From NCBI GenBank assembly GCA_951406725.2, contig OX597839.1, positions 22,134,001 to 22,198,000 on the forward strand: 64,000 bases of DNA. Direction: 5' to 3'. The DNA comes from Octopus vulgaris. Taxonomy: Eukaryota. Of this stretch, positions 38,001 through 51,821 are shown piece by piece; positions within the stretch are counted from its first letter, which is position 1; each line of letters starts with the position of its first letter. The translations under genes were made by a program, and so were the position numbers. The notes under the pieces were generated by a model that worked only from the letters and a program-made list of their open reading frames with translations, had not been told where the DNA came from and searched no databases.

Positions 38001-41000
38001 CCGACTTTCACCTGAATTTCGTCCCCTACCCCCATTTCTTTCTTTCTTTCTCTTTCCAGGGCGTTCCCTGAAAAAGGTGATATCAGCTAATTAAAAGTCT
38101 TGGAAAACTGCTGCCTAACGTCTTACTCACATTTTGGTTCTGCTAGAAAACGGAGGGAGGGAAACGAAGGAAGGAAGGAAGGAAGGAAGGAAGGAAGGAA
38201 GGAAGGAAGGAAGGAAGGAAGGAAGGAAGGAAGGAACGAACGAACGAAGGAACGAAGGAACGAAGGAACGAACGAACACACACACACACACAATTTGTTT
38301 AGACAAAAGAACAAAACAAAATTTTGAAATGTAATAATTTTCATAACAATCGAAAAATCTCATTAACTTAATCTGGAGACAAAAGAAAGAAATAAATAAA
38401 AAAAAATACAAAACTAGTTAAAAAAAAAAAAACTTGGACAAGCATCACTGAATCAGAAAGAACATTCTGGAAATTCTCAACTAAAACAAAAACAATAATA
38501 CTTGATGAATGCACTGTACCGTTTCTGAAGAACATTAAAGTCCTGCCTTGGAGCCATTTTGCAGAAAGATCAAGGAAAAAGTTGCAAGAAGTATTTAGAC
38601 GTTATAAGAAATAAAAATAACCTAGATTTGCAATTGAGAAATTGTAATTAAAATAAATGGTCCACTGAAAATCTGCAGAACTTTACGAACACATTGACAG
38701 AGATGGATACGTGACTTCGAAGCAATCTTGTGAAGTCGGGTTTCATAAAAGCAGGAAGACGACGCCTAACCAAGGAGCTACAACTATTAAAGACACTGTC
38801 AAAATATGTCAAACATTTCAGAAGTTTAATATGCAATAGGTGTATTTATTACACATTTATAGACAGGGAAGCATATGTGTACATCTGTCAAAATACCTGG
38901 ATCCACATATGCAATGACACCCATTCTTGCACTCAGGTATGCCACGTACACGTATATATGTATATGCAGGCTTACATGCATAAAACACTACCCTACTGTA
39001 GCCGTTCAAATTTCAACGAAAGAGCGGTTTTTCCAGGCTGGAAATCTAGTATTGTTTAGCTGGTAAGAAATTCGAAAAGTAAAACCAGTAAAGTGTCAAA
39101 CAAACATATTCATACGTCAATACACACACACGGTACTATCAAAATTAAGGAGAATTCTCAACGTGTTTCTATCAACACTTTAAGAGCATCTCGCCATACT
39201 TTCGACATTCTATTTTAAAAAGAAGAACCCTACTGAATTTTTAAACCTGTCTAAATCTAAGACATAATGTCTTTATCGTAATTCAGATTAAAAACCTAGA
39301 TATAAGATTAAAGAGATTAAATCAATTTTGACTCATCTCAAAGTCAAGGTTTGTGTTGGGAAAATTTCTCAGTGAGTTTGCAAGTCTAAAGAGTTACAAA
39401 CAAGTGTAATTTCGTTAGAAAATTGTGGGGTTTGGTTGAATTAAATTTGAAAAAGAACTGTCCACGTCCCTCAAACAATTTCTCTCCAAAATGGTCCTCT
39501 CATTGATCGGAACACGGCTTGCCGATGTCAAGCTCTTTTGTACATCAGCTCAGATGTGGCTTTATAAAGAAAAAATGGAGATATCTCGTGGTTACAGTTA
39601 CAAGTCGCTTTGCTTCTTGTCTGTGGTAGGAATGCAATGTGACCCAAATATTATGAATATATATCTGTGATGTTTTATAAACCGCAATCATTATATAAAC
39701 AGATTAAATACGTATATTAAGATTTATAGGCATTTAAAGTAAACATTTGAATTTTGACTCGGGTCTGACTTTCATACGATGCCAACATCAGAAGCTGTCA
39801 AAAAGCCAATATTTACCATTTTGAAGGAAAGTTATTTCTATATGACGGACTGGGGAGATTTTAGCAAACAAACCGATTCCAATCTAAGATGTTTTCTCAG
39901 AGAACGAATATATGTTTAGAAGAGAAAAAACTAGACAAAGAGAACTCAACCAACGTTTAAGTGAATTGGATGATTTGGCTCGTAAATACTCGGAGTTTCA
40001 AGCGTGTGGGGTCGTTCAGGCTCTAATAGAATACTCAGACCGATTTCTTCAAAGGATCCTGAACGAGCGTACTCGTGTGAAACTGAGTAGCTATGGAGCT
40101 GAAGCATCGACTTGGTTTAATGTAGGAGTATCGCTAGGAGAGAAAAACATGTAGGAAAGGAAACTCCTGTTGAGAGGGTGAGAAACTATTTTTCCTTAAA
40201 CATCTCCTGATTTCTTTGCCAGAAATGTTGAAACTTTTTCTTTCCCACGAATCTCCAACTCTCTCCCCACTTTCCCCGTCACCAATTTATTCGAATTCTA
40301 AAGTTTTGATTATTTTAAAAGTTTTTCCCCTCTTTACCTAAATTAATTTAAATTGGTATTTGTCTTTATATCCATCCATCTAATCCGCTCCCAAATGTTT
40401 ATCTCACCTTCCCTCCATTCATCCCAACATGCTTGTGTCTCTACTTCATCTATTCCCACACGTTTGCCTCTCCATCTATCGATCAGTCGCTCGCATCCTG
40501 TTCAACATGTCTACCTCACCGTCCATCTCCACACGTCTCCCTCCATCCCAACATGTCTGTTTCTCCTATCGCCCAATCAAACCATCCACCTATCTTATCC
40601 GGTTCCACATGTCCTTTTCTCTATCCAGCCAGCTCCACACGTCTGTCCTCCCGTCCATTCATCTTCGCTGTCCCAGCTCCAAAACTAGCTCTATATTACT
40701 ATATTGAGACATGTACATTCAGGTATATACATATACCTGAGACATTAAGTCAATCTGAACCAGAGATTATTCAAAAAAGAAATACAGATGTCTGTGTGTC
40801 GCAGAAATAAATAATTATAGAAACCGACCAAACACTAAAATAACAGGAAGAACTCCCAAAAGCCACCCCCCCACCAAATAACCCTCCCCACCAACAAAAC
40901 ACAGTATTTAAATAAATCTACTTAGGCTAAAGATAAGCTTCCACACACCTGAGAAGCCTAATGCCACACCTAGGGCATTTTTGTGTACTTGAGTTGTGTG

Positions 41001-41077
41001 TGTGTGTATGTGTGTATGTGTGTGTGTGTGTGTATGTGTGTGTGTGTGTGTGTATTTGTGTGTGTGTATTTGTGTGT

Positions 41078-41139
<62 letters not shown>

Positions 41140-41369
41140 TTGTGTGTGTGTATTTGTGTGTGTGTGTTTGTGTGTGTGTGTATTTGTGTGTGTGTGTATT
41201 TGTGTGTGTGTATTTGTGTGCGTGTATTTGTGTGCGTGTATTTGTGTGTGTGTATTTGTGTGTGTGTATTTGTGTGTGTGTATGTGTGTATGTGTGTAGA
41301 ACTTAGCATAAAACTGTCCAAAATCTCAATAAATATTACGCCACACCATAATCGATATCCCAAAGCTTC

Positions 41370-41611
41370 TCATCGAATCGCTCTTCTGACGCTGTATTCG
41401 GCGGACTTGTTGAAGAACCGACACCATATTCCTGTTGCAACCAAAAACAAAAGAGCTGGCACCAAAAGGATCAGAATCACGATGACAACCGGACTGAGAC
41501 TGGTTCGATTCGGTGGAGGGAAGGATGGTCGGTCATCGAGTTCCACAGAAGGTGCCAGTCCATACGTTGGGGAACGTCCAGCTGGGATGATTTCGGTCAC
41601 CCCAGACTCAC
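41370..41611 (-). CDS. ZP-module protein terminal coding exon (Pro-rich stalk, TM helix, short cytoplasmic tail)
   Basis: Acceptor tttatcccgcag, phase 1 matching the previous donor. Encodes GESGVTE...SPVVIVILILLVPALLFLVATGIWCRFFNKSAEYSVRRAIR, then TGA at 41372-41370. Linkage across the 11-kb intron is inferred. Confidence 0.75.
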
Positions 41612-42031
41612 CTGCGGGATAAATGAAGGAATACATGAATACATACATACATACATACATGCATACATACACACACATACATACATACATATATACATAC
41701 ATACATACACACACATACATATATACATACATACATACATACATACGCACACATACATACATACACACGTACATACATACATATATATATACACACACAC
41801 ACATACATACATATTCAGGATTAAATAAAAAGACAACGGCATATATATAATGAAAATTGAAAAAAAGAAATTTGCGAAAACAGTTAAAATAGAACAAGAT
41901 GGAAAGGCTGTGTGCCAGGCTTCGAAGAAATAAGCATCCGACGTTTCGGAATGTAGTCCTTCCGCAAGAAAGGAAATGCGTGTGTGCGTGAGTATAGAAA
42001 AGTGCATAGGTACTGAGTAGACATATACAAC

Positions 42032-42075
<44 letters not shown>

Positions 42076-42078
<3 letters not shown>

Positions 42079-42426
42079 TCAGTCCCACTGCGTGGCATCT
42101 TGGGCAAGTGTCTTCTGCTATAGCCCCGGGCCGACCAATGCCTTGTGAGTGGATTTGGTAGACGGAAACTGAAAGAAGCCTGTCGTATATATGTATATAT
42201 ATGTATATATGTGTATGTGTTTGAGTGTGTGTGTTTGTCCCCCTAGCATTGCTTGACAACCGATGCTGGTGTGTTTACGTCCCCGTCATTTAGCGGTTCG
42301 GCAAAAGAGCCGATAGAATAAGTACTGGGCTTACAAAGAATAAGTCCCGGGGTCGATTTGCTCGACTAAAGGCGGTGCTCCAGCATGGCCGCAGTCAAAT
42401 GACTGAAACAAGTAAAAGAGTAAAGA

Positions 42427-42428
<2 letters not shown>
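42076..42428 (+). mobile_element. SINE family A, 5'-clipped at the B box
   Basis: Same consensus; between (TA)n tracts. Confidence 0.85.
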
Positions 42429-42470
<42 letters not shown>

Positions 42471-42810
42471 TTGCACACACATACAAACACTATATACACT
42501 ATATATATACACGCACACTGTGTTGTGTTCTTGAGCAAGACACTTCATTTCCTGTTGCCCCAGTTCACTCATCTGTAGAAATGAGTTGCAACATCATTGG
42601 TGCCAAGCTGTATCAGTCCCTTCGTCTTTCCCTTGGATAACACTGGTGGCATGGAGAAGAGGAGGCTGGTATGCATGGGCAACTGCTGGTCTTCCATAAA
42701 CAACCTTGCCTGGACTTGTGCCCCGGAGGGGAATTTTCTAGGTATGGTAAAGACCGAAGGAGGTCTTTACCACCTCTGTCTTCCCTTCTCGGGATCTTTC
42801 CTTCTCCTTT

Positions 42811-42846
42811 GTTTCCGACGAAGAGCTCCGCTCGAAACGTTAAACC
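42811..42846 (+). ncRNA. Minimal hammerhead-like motif in a putative PLE terminal-repeat fragment
   Basis: gttt-CCGACGA-a-GAGC tcc GCTC-GAAACGTT-aaac, with an AACGTT palindrome. The element runs into (TA)n at about 42945. Cleavage triplet is ambiguous. Confidence 0.45.
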
Positions 42847-42940
42847 CTCCTTCCCTTCTTTCCTGAGCGTCAAAAATAATACTTTAATTGTTCCACGTCC
42901 ACGCGTTGCTGTGTTTTTTTCTGTGTTTTCTTGTTTGGAT

Positions 42941-42986
<46 letters not shown>

Positions 42987-43019
42987 TACACAAATACAAA
43001 CATACGAGGTTGCGTAGTT

Positions 43020-43950
43020 ACGGAGGAAACCTGAAAAAATTTCGGACCCTAAATATTCTGAAAGGGGAACTGATAAACATCATTTTAGTATATTGAGGTT
43101 CGGAAAATTCAGGAAAAAGGAACCCAACACTTTGGTAAGAGTTATTTGACAGCACCTCGAAGGACAACGTCCATATTAAACATACCTTGACCATAGCCAG
43201 CAAATCGGAAGGTTTTAAAGTGTGGTGCTTCTCCTACGGCACCATACCTAGACTGTAATGGCCATTCCGGATTCATGATTTCTCTGCAACACCAGTGGAA
43301 GCAATGGAGAGATAGTGCAGTAAATATGTATGACGATGGCCGGTTATTCCCCCAACTTTCAGCTCGGTTAATCCGTACAGCAAAATCTCGAAGCTCCGCT
43401 TACCAACTGCATTAATAGTGAATGAATTCAAGAGTATTGAAGTAAGAGAAATCAATACAATGTTTCTATTTGAGGATGGAAGAGTCAGATGCATCAACAT
43501 GACCATAGAGGGCAGCGAGGAATGAAAAACCCGAGGAAAGTAAAAATGTGCTGGAAACCCGAGGAGATCGTTAAATAATCTAGGACTTAGCTCCACCTCT
43601 TAGTGATGCAATTGCTATGCCAGTGTGAGGACCAACTGGAGCTTCGTAGTAGAGAGAGACCGAGAGACAGCAGGGGAATATCGTCGAATAAAGCAGTTGA
43701 GTTTGCTCGGGAGGGACTAACGCACCAGATATACGAGCATCCACTGTCCTGGGGTTGGACGAATTCTGGGAGACAGACCAAGGTTAAATATTCTCTTTGT
43801 GTACTGTAGCTGACCCATTGCCAACTCCAAACATTAAAATCTAAGGAAAAGAAGAAAAAAAGACATCCTGCTTTTTTATCCCGAACCATGTTTCGAGGAG
43901 ATATTTCAAAGCAATGCAAAAATACACGGGGCAGCGGGAAGGGCACGTTC
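43020..43950 (-). mobile_element. Highly decayed non-LTR reverse transcriptase remnant
   Basis: ELSPRLFND (QG..LSP.LFN motif) followed by a corrupted YADD-like segment; many stops. Confidence 0.35.
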
Positions 43951-44190
43951 GGATCTTCACGGGAATTGCCAATTGGCAGACTCGCAGAAAATACTTACTA
44001 TTCAAAGGGGTAGATTTTTAATTGGAGAGGATAAGGTACGTAAAATAAAAACTGTGAGAAATCCGCTTTTCATTTTGAATCAAATCTCTGAATGGAAAAT
44101 TGAAATGAACGTTAAGAAAAGACTCCTTGCAAACTTAGTAAATTGTCCTTTGTAGAAGATCGGGTTGGTACTGAAACAACTGAAGAAAAC

Positions 44191-44460
44191 TGTGGGATGA
44201 CGTCAGCAGCCGGGTGCGTTGACCGGAAGCTGGGGCAAGCGGAAGGGGTCAGCGGTCAGGCGTGCGCAGGGAGCGGAAATTGCGCCCTTTCCAACGCGGG
44301 TCGTGCAGGTGACAAGACGTGTGAGGACGTCGCTAAGGGTTTGGGGCTAGCAGCTGCTATCGTTAATTTCGGGTCGGGGCTGTGAGGAAGGACTAGTCAT
44401 CACTGGAGGGTCTCCGTCACTAGGAAGAGAAGGTAGGTGCCTCTATATTCAAATCGCGCA
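44191..44460. mobile_element. Second, 3'-clipped copy of the nested solo LTR
   Basis: Closely similar to 46829-47113 (tgtgggatgacgtcagcagc...ttcaaatcgcgca); lacks the last ~9 bp. Confidence 0.8.
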
Positions 44461-44886
44461 AAAAACAACTAGGGAGACAACCCGAATCGCTGACACAAGG
44501 TGGTGGTTATTGAGGAGGGATCGCTAGTGGAACCCTTCTACAATAAAGAATGGCCTCGCTGCACCAGTGGGATCTCACTGCTCCACTTAAGTGAAGCATG
44601 TAGTTTAAGGGGCGAAGCGTTTGTGGCTCTGAAATACTTGTTAGTAGAAAGAGAAGGGCACCCAGCAAATGTGAATGTTTTGGACACCATCTTTTAAATA
44701 GCCCCTACAGTTTCTCGGGGGCCGACCCCAGGGCGGTGGATGCTGAGGAGCACGTGCCTCCCTCAGGAAAAGTGAGCCCTTCTAAATAACGTTGTTACGC
44801 CCTTTATTCCTGGAATTGTATTCCCTTCTGACCTTCCTTCGAAAAATTCCTGCTTGGGAACTTACATTACACACACACACACACAC

Positions 44887-44927
<41 letters not shown>

Positions 44928-45621
44928 CATCTACCTACCTATCCATCCATCCATCCATCTATCTACCTACCTATCCATCCATCCATCTACCTATCCATCC
45001 ATCTACCTACCTATCCATCCATCCATCCATCTACCTACCTATCCATCCATCCATCCACCTACCTACCTATCCATCCATCCATCCATCTATCTACCTACCT
45101 ATCCACCCATCTACCCATCCATCCATCCATCCATCCATCTACCTACCTATCCATCCATCCATCCACCTACCTACCTACCTATCCATCCATCCATCCACCT
45201 ACCTACCTACCTATCCATCCATCTATCTACCCATCCATCTACCTACCTATCCATCCATCCATCTACCCATCCATCCATCCATCTATCTATCTACTTATCC
45301 ATCCATCCATCCATCTACCTACCCATCCATCCATCCATCCATCTACCTACCTATCCATCCATCCATCCATCCACCTACCTATCCATCCATCTACCTACCC
45401 ATCCATCCATCTATCTACCTATCCATCCATCCATCTATCTATCTACCTACCTATCCATCTATCTATCTACCCATCCATCCATCCATCCATCCATCTACCT
45501 GTCTGTCTATCCATCCATCCATCCATCCATCCATCCATCCATCTACCTGTCTGTCTATCCATCCATCCATCCATCCATCTATCTATCTACCTACCTATCC
45601 ATCCATCCATCCATCCATCTA
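44887..45621. repeat. Compound (ATCC)n/(ATCT)n/(ACCT)n microsatellite
   Basis: Direct reading of the sequence. Confidence 0.95.
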
Positions 45622-45639
45622 CACACACACACACTAATC

Positions 45640-45679
<40 letters not shown>

Positions 45680-46634
45680 GTGGGTTACATACAGGCACAC
45701 ATGTAAGGCACAAAACCTCAGAGGCGTTTTTGGCAGCGAAGTGAAGCTGTTTCAACCGGAAATCGAAATCTCGACTGCGGTGCCTTATAGAGACCAAATA
45801 ATCTCCTTATCCTCAAATCTCAAGGAAAAATAAAAACGCCCCAAAAACTAATACAAAAAGAAGCAGAGGGAGAAATATTTAAAAATTAAACCCGGTGTTT
45901 GTGGGTGTTTGAAATATCAAATTCCTTTCAGAGCAGCTGATGCTTTTGGGTGGTGTTAACACATTATCACATATCAAATATAGTCCAGTGAAGTCAGAAG
46001 GCAAAGAAAATACATTCCATTGCTTTCACATCTATTAGCACCGCTTACACAACCACCACCACCACCGCAACAAGTACTGCTACCACCACCACCACCACCA
46101 CCACCACAATTAGTACTGCTGCCACCACCGCCACCACAATTAGTACTGCTGCCACCACCGCCACCACTACCGCCGCCACCACCGCAACTAGTACTATCAC
46201 CGCCGCCGCTACTCCTACCGCAATTACGCTACCGCCGCCATCGCCTCCACCATTGAGCCTCGTTCTAAAACAAGACAGATAAAAACAAAAACGAAACTCT
46301 CAGCGTTTTGGCAGAGAAATTATGGCGGAAACTGGAGTTAATAGAGAAGCAGCTGGTTTAGTTGCTGATTTCTGAAGGAATTAGATACTTTCTGTTGCAG
46401 AAATAAGTCATGGTAGCGGTGGTGGTGGTGGTGGTGGAATTGGCGAAGGAAATCTGTTTTAAACATCATCGCTCGGTGCCGCCGTTGAACTCCGTCACCG
46501 AATAACAACGCCGTCCTTTAGCAAGATTTTTTTTTATTTTCCCCGGTCATTCATTAACGTTAGCCACGAGAATGGAGGTTTTTCTCAATGATTAACGACT
46601 ACGGTTACATGGGTTTGATCTCCACTTGTGACCA

Positions 46635-49600
46635 TGTGTGTTTGAGCCGAAGCTGTTGTGAGGACGGAGGTGGGAGATTGGGTAGACCCTGTCGGGAGTC
46701 CCTGAGGACGGAAGTGATCAAGAGAGCACGGCCAGCGGCACGGGAAGAGGTCAGAGGACAATCGGACAGCGTGAAGTGAGGACGTGTGCGTTAGACTAAG
46801 AGAAGAAAACGTCCACGTGGGTGGTGAGTGTGGGATGACGTCAGCAGCTGGACGTCAGCAGCCGGGTGCGTTGACCGGAAGCTGGGGCAACCGGAAGGGG
46901 TCAGCCGTCAGGCGTGCGCAGGGAGCGGGGAATTGCGCCCTTTCCAACGTGGGTCGTGGAGGTGACAAGACGTGTGAGGACGTCGCTAAGGGTTTGGGCT
47001 AGCAGCTGCTATCGTTAGTGTTCGGGTCGGGGCTGTGCGGAAGGACTAGTCACTACTGGAGGGTCTCTGTCACTAAGAAGAGAAGGTAGGTGCCTCTATA
47101 TTCAAATCGCGCACACCCTACAGTGAGAGAAGGCTCCCTCCAAACCGACAGGTGAGAGAAGGCTCCCTCCAAACCGACAGGTAAGAAAGCCTCAGTTCTC
47201 CTTTTACCTAATTTCCCTTTCATATCACATGCTATTTCGGCTCATAAATAAATAAATAAAATCTACGGTAAAATATGGTATCGAAAATTAGACTCTTCAG
47301 CGACATGTTGAGAGTATTCTTTGGCCAAGGCGATGTGGTGGCCTGGATAAAGGTGAAGCTGGTAGGAAAATTGCAAGGGATACAGGACGAAGCCAGCCTC
47401 CTACCGTTGTATTTAGAACGTAGTGCGGACTGAGCCTGTATCAAGAGATATCGGAAGACATTCAGCAAAAGATCGAAGAACGACTGAAAATTGCTTCCAT
47501 GGAGGGAACCTTTAAGGTGTGTAGTAAGCTCGGAAGCGTGAGGTGGATCGGAGAACAACAGGTCGACGACTATGCGAGTGAGATTAGGAGATTGGTGGCT
47601 TTAGCAGAGATTTCTGGTGAGGCACTGGTGAGTGTTGTGACGTTGGCCTTTGTGACCGGATTTCCCGATCACATCTCAATAAATTTGAAGCGCTACCGGG
47701 TATCCATATGCCGGCGAGCGAGTTGATAGATCAAACTCGTGTCATGACTCAGAACAACACACACACGATGTAATTTGTACGATGACGGAGACGAGAACGA
47801 CAAAGGGGTGAATGGAAACTGACGGGAAGAAGAATGAGGCAAAGACTACGAAACCGGATGTGGTGTGCTACGGAACGCACGTAGAAAGAGGGGACGATGT
47901 ATGCGACATTGAAGACGAGGATTTCCGGGCCAAATTCGATATCACATGATGGACGGTAGAGTACTTCTGGAAGGGTGAGTCCCCGGTGTTGCGAAACAGG
48001 GTGAGTAGTTACGAACACACCCTCAAAGGAGAAGCCAGGAATTGATTTGAGAGGGAAGTGACTCGATAGAAGAGGGTATTTTGAGGCCATGGGGAGGAGA
48101 AGAGAAAAATGGTGCATTGCCCTTAATGGCTGTGGTCCAGCCCACGAAGAACAAGGTTCGACCAGTACTAGATTTCCGTGAACTGAATGAGCACGTGTCA
48201 TGCCATATGGGTGGTGAGGCAGCAGACGTCTGCGAGGAAACTTTGCGGGTTTGGAAGCGCATGACAGGAGCATCGACAGTCGTCGACCTGCAGTCGGCCT
48301 ATCTGCAACTGCACGTGTCCAAGAAACTGTGGAAGTACCAGCTGATGAGGTACAAGGATAGAACTCAATGCTTGACTCGGTTGAGGTTTGGCTTGAGTTC
48401 GGCACCAAAAGTTAGGGCAAAGGTCCTAAAGACGGTCTCGGGGAAAGTGGCCGAGCTGGAGCAAGCGACGACATCCTTGTAGTGACAGCAGAAAGAGTCG
48501 TAGATCATCTGAAGAAGTTTGGGCTGACTGTTAAACCGCCAGAGGCCATAGAAGGAGGCGCTGCGCTGGGGCACAAGATCGAAAGAGATCAGATGGGCAG
48601 GCTTGTTTTTTGCCGAGGAAATGAGATTCCGGACCTGAGCAAAGATATGAGCAGGCGAGAACTCTTCTCGGTGTGTGGAAAGCTGGTGAGACACTACCCA
48701 ATTGTATGATGGCTCCGGACAGCATGCAGCTTCATCAAGAAGCGTGCCGAAGGAGTAAAGTGGAGCGACAAAGTGGGGGAGAAGACAACTGCTATGGTGC
48801 AAGACATTTTGGAGAGAGTGAGAGCGGAGGATCTAGTGAGGGGCAGCTGGAATGTGCCCGAAACAAAAACGAGAGTTCTTTGGTGCGATGCAGGTAGCAT
48901 TGCAATAGGAGTCATCCTGGAAGTGGTAGATGTAGAGGTGGAATATGCAGTGTGTGAACCTGGCACTGGGATGAGGGGCTCCACGTTTTGGAAATTCGAA
49001 CTGACTCGTCTGCAGAAAGAGGGTGAGTGGCATCAGTGGTCAACAATGAAAGGAGGGTCCGCACAAAGGGAGGCGCGGAAATGATGGTGAAGCGGCGGTT
49101 AGGGCTTGAAACTACAGGTAGTACTTGTGCCTTCGGAAAAGAATAAAGCAGATGTGCTAATCAGGGTGAAAAAGGCAGAGGATGTACAGAGTGTGGTGGC
49201 TGCAGCGGGTTCAGAGCTGAGGATGTTGCGCCGCACGCACCATATGGGTGTAGACAGGACTGTTTCTGGCCAGGAAAGTGGACCCTAATGTTACCAGGGA
49301 AAGTGGTGCGGAGCTGCGACAGATGCCAGTCTGTAGACTCCGCACCGAGTGTGCAGGAGGCAGGAAGGATTCAGGTTGGAGAATATTGGAAGAGGCTGGC
49401 GATAGAGAGGACTCATCATCGCGGAAGGCAGTACCTCTCAATGGCTGACTGTGGGCCAGGACGGATGACAATATGGAAGGAAATTAGGATGATAACTGTG
49501 GCTGAAACTGCAGAGGTCCTAAATGCGATATTCCTGGAGAGGTGAGGGTGTGTGGGGTGGGGGCAGTTGATGGACAACAGCACAGTGTTTCGCTCGGCTC

Positions 49601-50430
49601 AGCTGAAAGAAATGCTTGACCAGTGGAATACCAGACGTTTATTCAGAGCAGCATATAGGCCTGGTGGGAATGGGATTGTTGGGTGTCACCATCGCACAAT
49701 CAAAACCATGGCTGAGGGTGGTGGTGGTGGATTTCCCCCATTGAAGCAGTGTTTGGAACAATATGTCGCCAAGGTCAGGACAGGCTGAGGAGACGGTCTC
49801 GCAAAAGGCTGTGTTTAGGTACGAATAGAGACACACCCGAGCGTGGAATCGCGACCCTTTAGGGGAGAATAGTCAGGAAGTGTTCAAATCGGGGGGGGGG
49901 GGGAGAAGTGTGGGCGACCCCTCCCCCCCCGATGCGTGGTATACAACTCAGTGGAGAAAAGGAAGAGTGACAGCAGTGAACTGTCGGTGGAAGGAATACT
50001 GCGTCACGACCTCGGCGTCAGGAGCGTCGTGAGCTCCTCCAATGGCGAAGAACAAAGAGAGGGAGAGGCTGGCACCGCATCTTTGCGACGATTCCGAAGA
50101 GAGCATCATCCACATAAGTGGCTGGAAGACTATGAAAGGGATGTAAGTGATAGTGATTGTTAGATCGGGGGCGTGGTATTGAGCTGAAGCTGTGGTGAAG
50201 GCGGAAGTGGGAGATTGGGTAGGTCCTGTCGGGAGTCCTTGAGGACGGAAGTGATCAAGAGAGCACGCGGGAAGAGGTCAGAGGGCAACCGGACAGCGTG
50301 AAGGCAAGACGTGTGTGTGCCCGACCAAGAGAAGAAAACGTCCACGTGGGAGGTGAGAGAAGGCTCCCTCCAAACCGACAGGTAAGAAAGCCCCAATTCT
50401 CCTTTTTCCTAATTTTCCCTTCATACCACA
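46635..50430 (+). mobile_element. Decayed Ty3/Gypsy LTR retrotransposon (gag, RT, integrase remnants) with both LTRs
   Basis: LTRs at 46635-47229 and 50172-50430, G-rich PPT-like run at about 50164-50171. Gag-like GDVVAWIKVKLV..LPLYLE; RT PLMAVVQPTKNKVRPVLDFRELN..VDLQSAYLQ..LTRLRFGLSSAPK; integrase DNSTVFRS..YRPGGNGIV..HHRTIK. Order is RT then IN; many frameshifts. Confidence 0.9.
46829..47122. mobile_element. Solo LTR of a second family nested in the Gypsy 5' LTR
   Basis: TGT...ACA ends with a perfect 5-bp TSD GTGAG (46824-46828 and 47123-47127). Absent from the host 3' LTR. Confidence 0.85.
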
Positions 50431-51821
50431 GTCTTGTTCCTAGTTGCCAATCTTTCCACGGACCTGACCAATTGCACGCATAGCAAAACAATGAAGCGGA
50501 TAGCTCCTTCAATTCCCCCCTGGAGAGGATGCCAGTCCGTTGCAGGATTACTCATTTTTTACAGTTGAGTGGATTGGAGAAACATGAAAGTGTTTTGTTC
50601 AAGAACATAACTCATTACCATGACCAGGAATCGAAACCGAGATACTGGCTGTATGCCCCTTACCGAATAAAGTGGACAAAGTATCGTTGTTTTTGTAACG
50701 TGGACAATGTCTGGGGTCCGAAAATGTCTTTGGCTCTTCTGGTTCTGACAAAGTGATTGAAAAACTAAAGAATTCTAGTAATTCGTTTTTGCCATTGTTA
50801 TAGATGGTTAAGATAGGTCTTTGCGATGTACTGTTGTCAATGTCATGGAGATTTGCTGACTACAGAAAGACAGCAGTGTGGAAGCCTCGTATTTGGAGTT
50901 GCCCCAAGAAGGGAATGAAACTGGAACGGTTCGTCTGGGGACCGAAACTACAGGGCAAAATCGTTTTTATCAAGAGCGCGCAGAGTCACTTCAATTCGCA
51001 CAAGAAACAGTTATTCGTAAAAAACAAAAAAATGCCAAACCGCTTTAGCAATAACTAATCCCAGGTTGGCAGAAGAAAAACCCGGTGTCTATTCTCGATT
51101 TGACCTTCATTTTGTGAAGGCGCGTGACCAAATGGTTAGGATATTCGTCCCACGAAGCTAAGGTTGTGCGTTCGATTCCCAGCGGCGTGTTGTATCCTCG
51201 AGCTAGACACTTTTTGTCATGTTACAATCCATTCAGCTGGCAAAAATGATTTGTACCTGTATTTCAAAGGGCCGGCCTTGTCACATTGTGTGTCATGGTG
51301 AATCTCCCTGAAAACTACATTCAGCGTACGCATGTCTGTGGAGTACTCAGCCACTTGCGCGATAATTTCACGAGCAGGTTGTCCCGTTGATCGGATCGAC
51401 TGGAACCCTCATCGTCGTAGCTAACAGAGTGCTTGTTAACTGCCATTTATTCGCCATTCTTTCAATTACTCCCATTAAGTATAATTAAATCTAATTACTT
51501 TAACTAGTTTCAAGTACATAATAGGTGTTGTGGTTTTTTTTTCTAAGTTTATGACATTTGCCACCGCCACCATCAGCCAGATTTTTAATTACTCCCAGCT
51601 TCGGTCCTCTTCTCTGATCTTAATTCGAAAATTAAAATCACTGAGAATCGAGAGAAGTGAGAAAAATACGTTTCCATAAAGGGAGACGAACAAATATTCT
51701 AAACGGAGGAATAATGTCATTCTGTTGACATTGCAATGGAATCGCAGAGAATTACGATGTCCAGTTTGAACCGATGAAACTTTAACTGAATGGGAAGATG
51801 TCTAGCTCAAATTCACCCCTG

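Noticed and set aside
37828-38077. Plus-strand acceptor-like pyrimidine tracts (tttcag, tttccag) suggesting small exons
   Set aside because: I could not build a coherent reading frame or find partner exons.
38640-40154. Non-repetitive stretch with short ORFs (e.g. 39912-40154) as a second gene
   Set aside because: No recognisable domain or consistent splice chain; possibly an old TE remnant or the ZP gene's downstream region.
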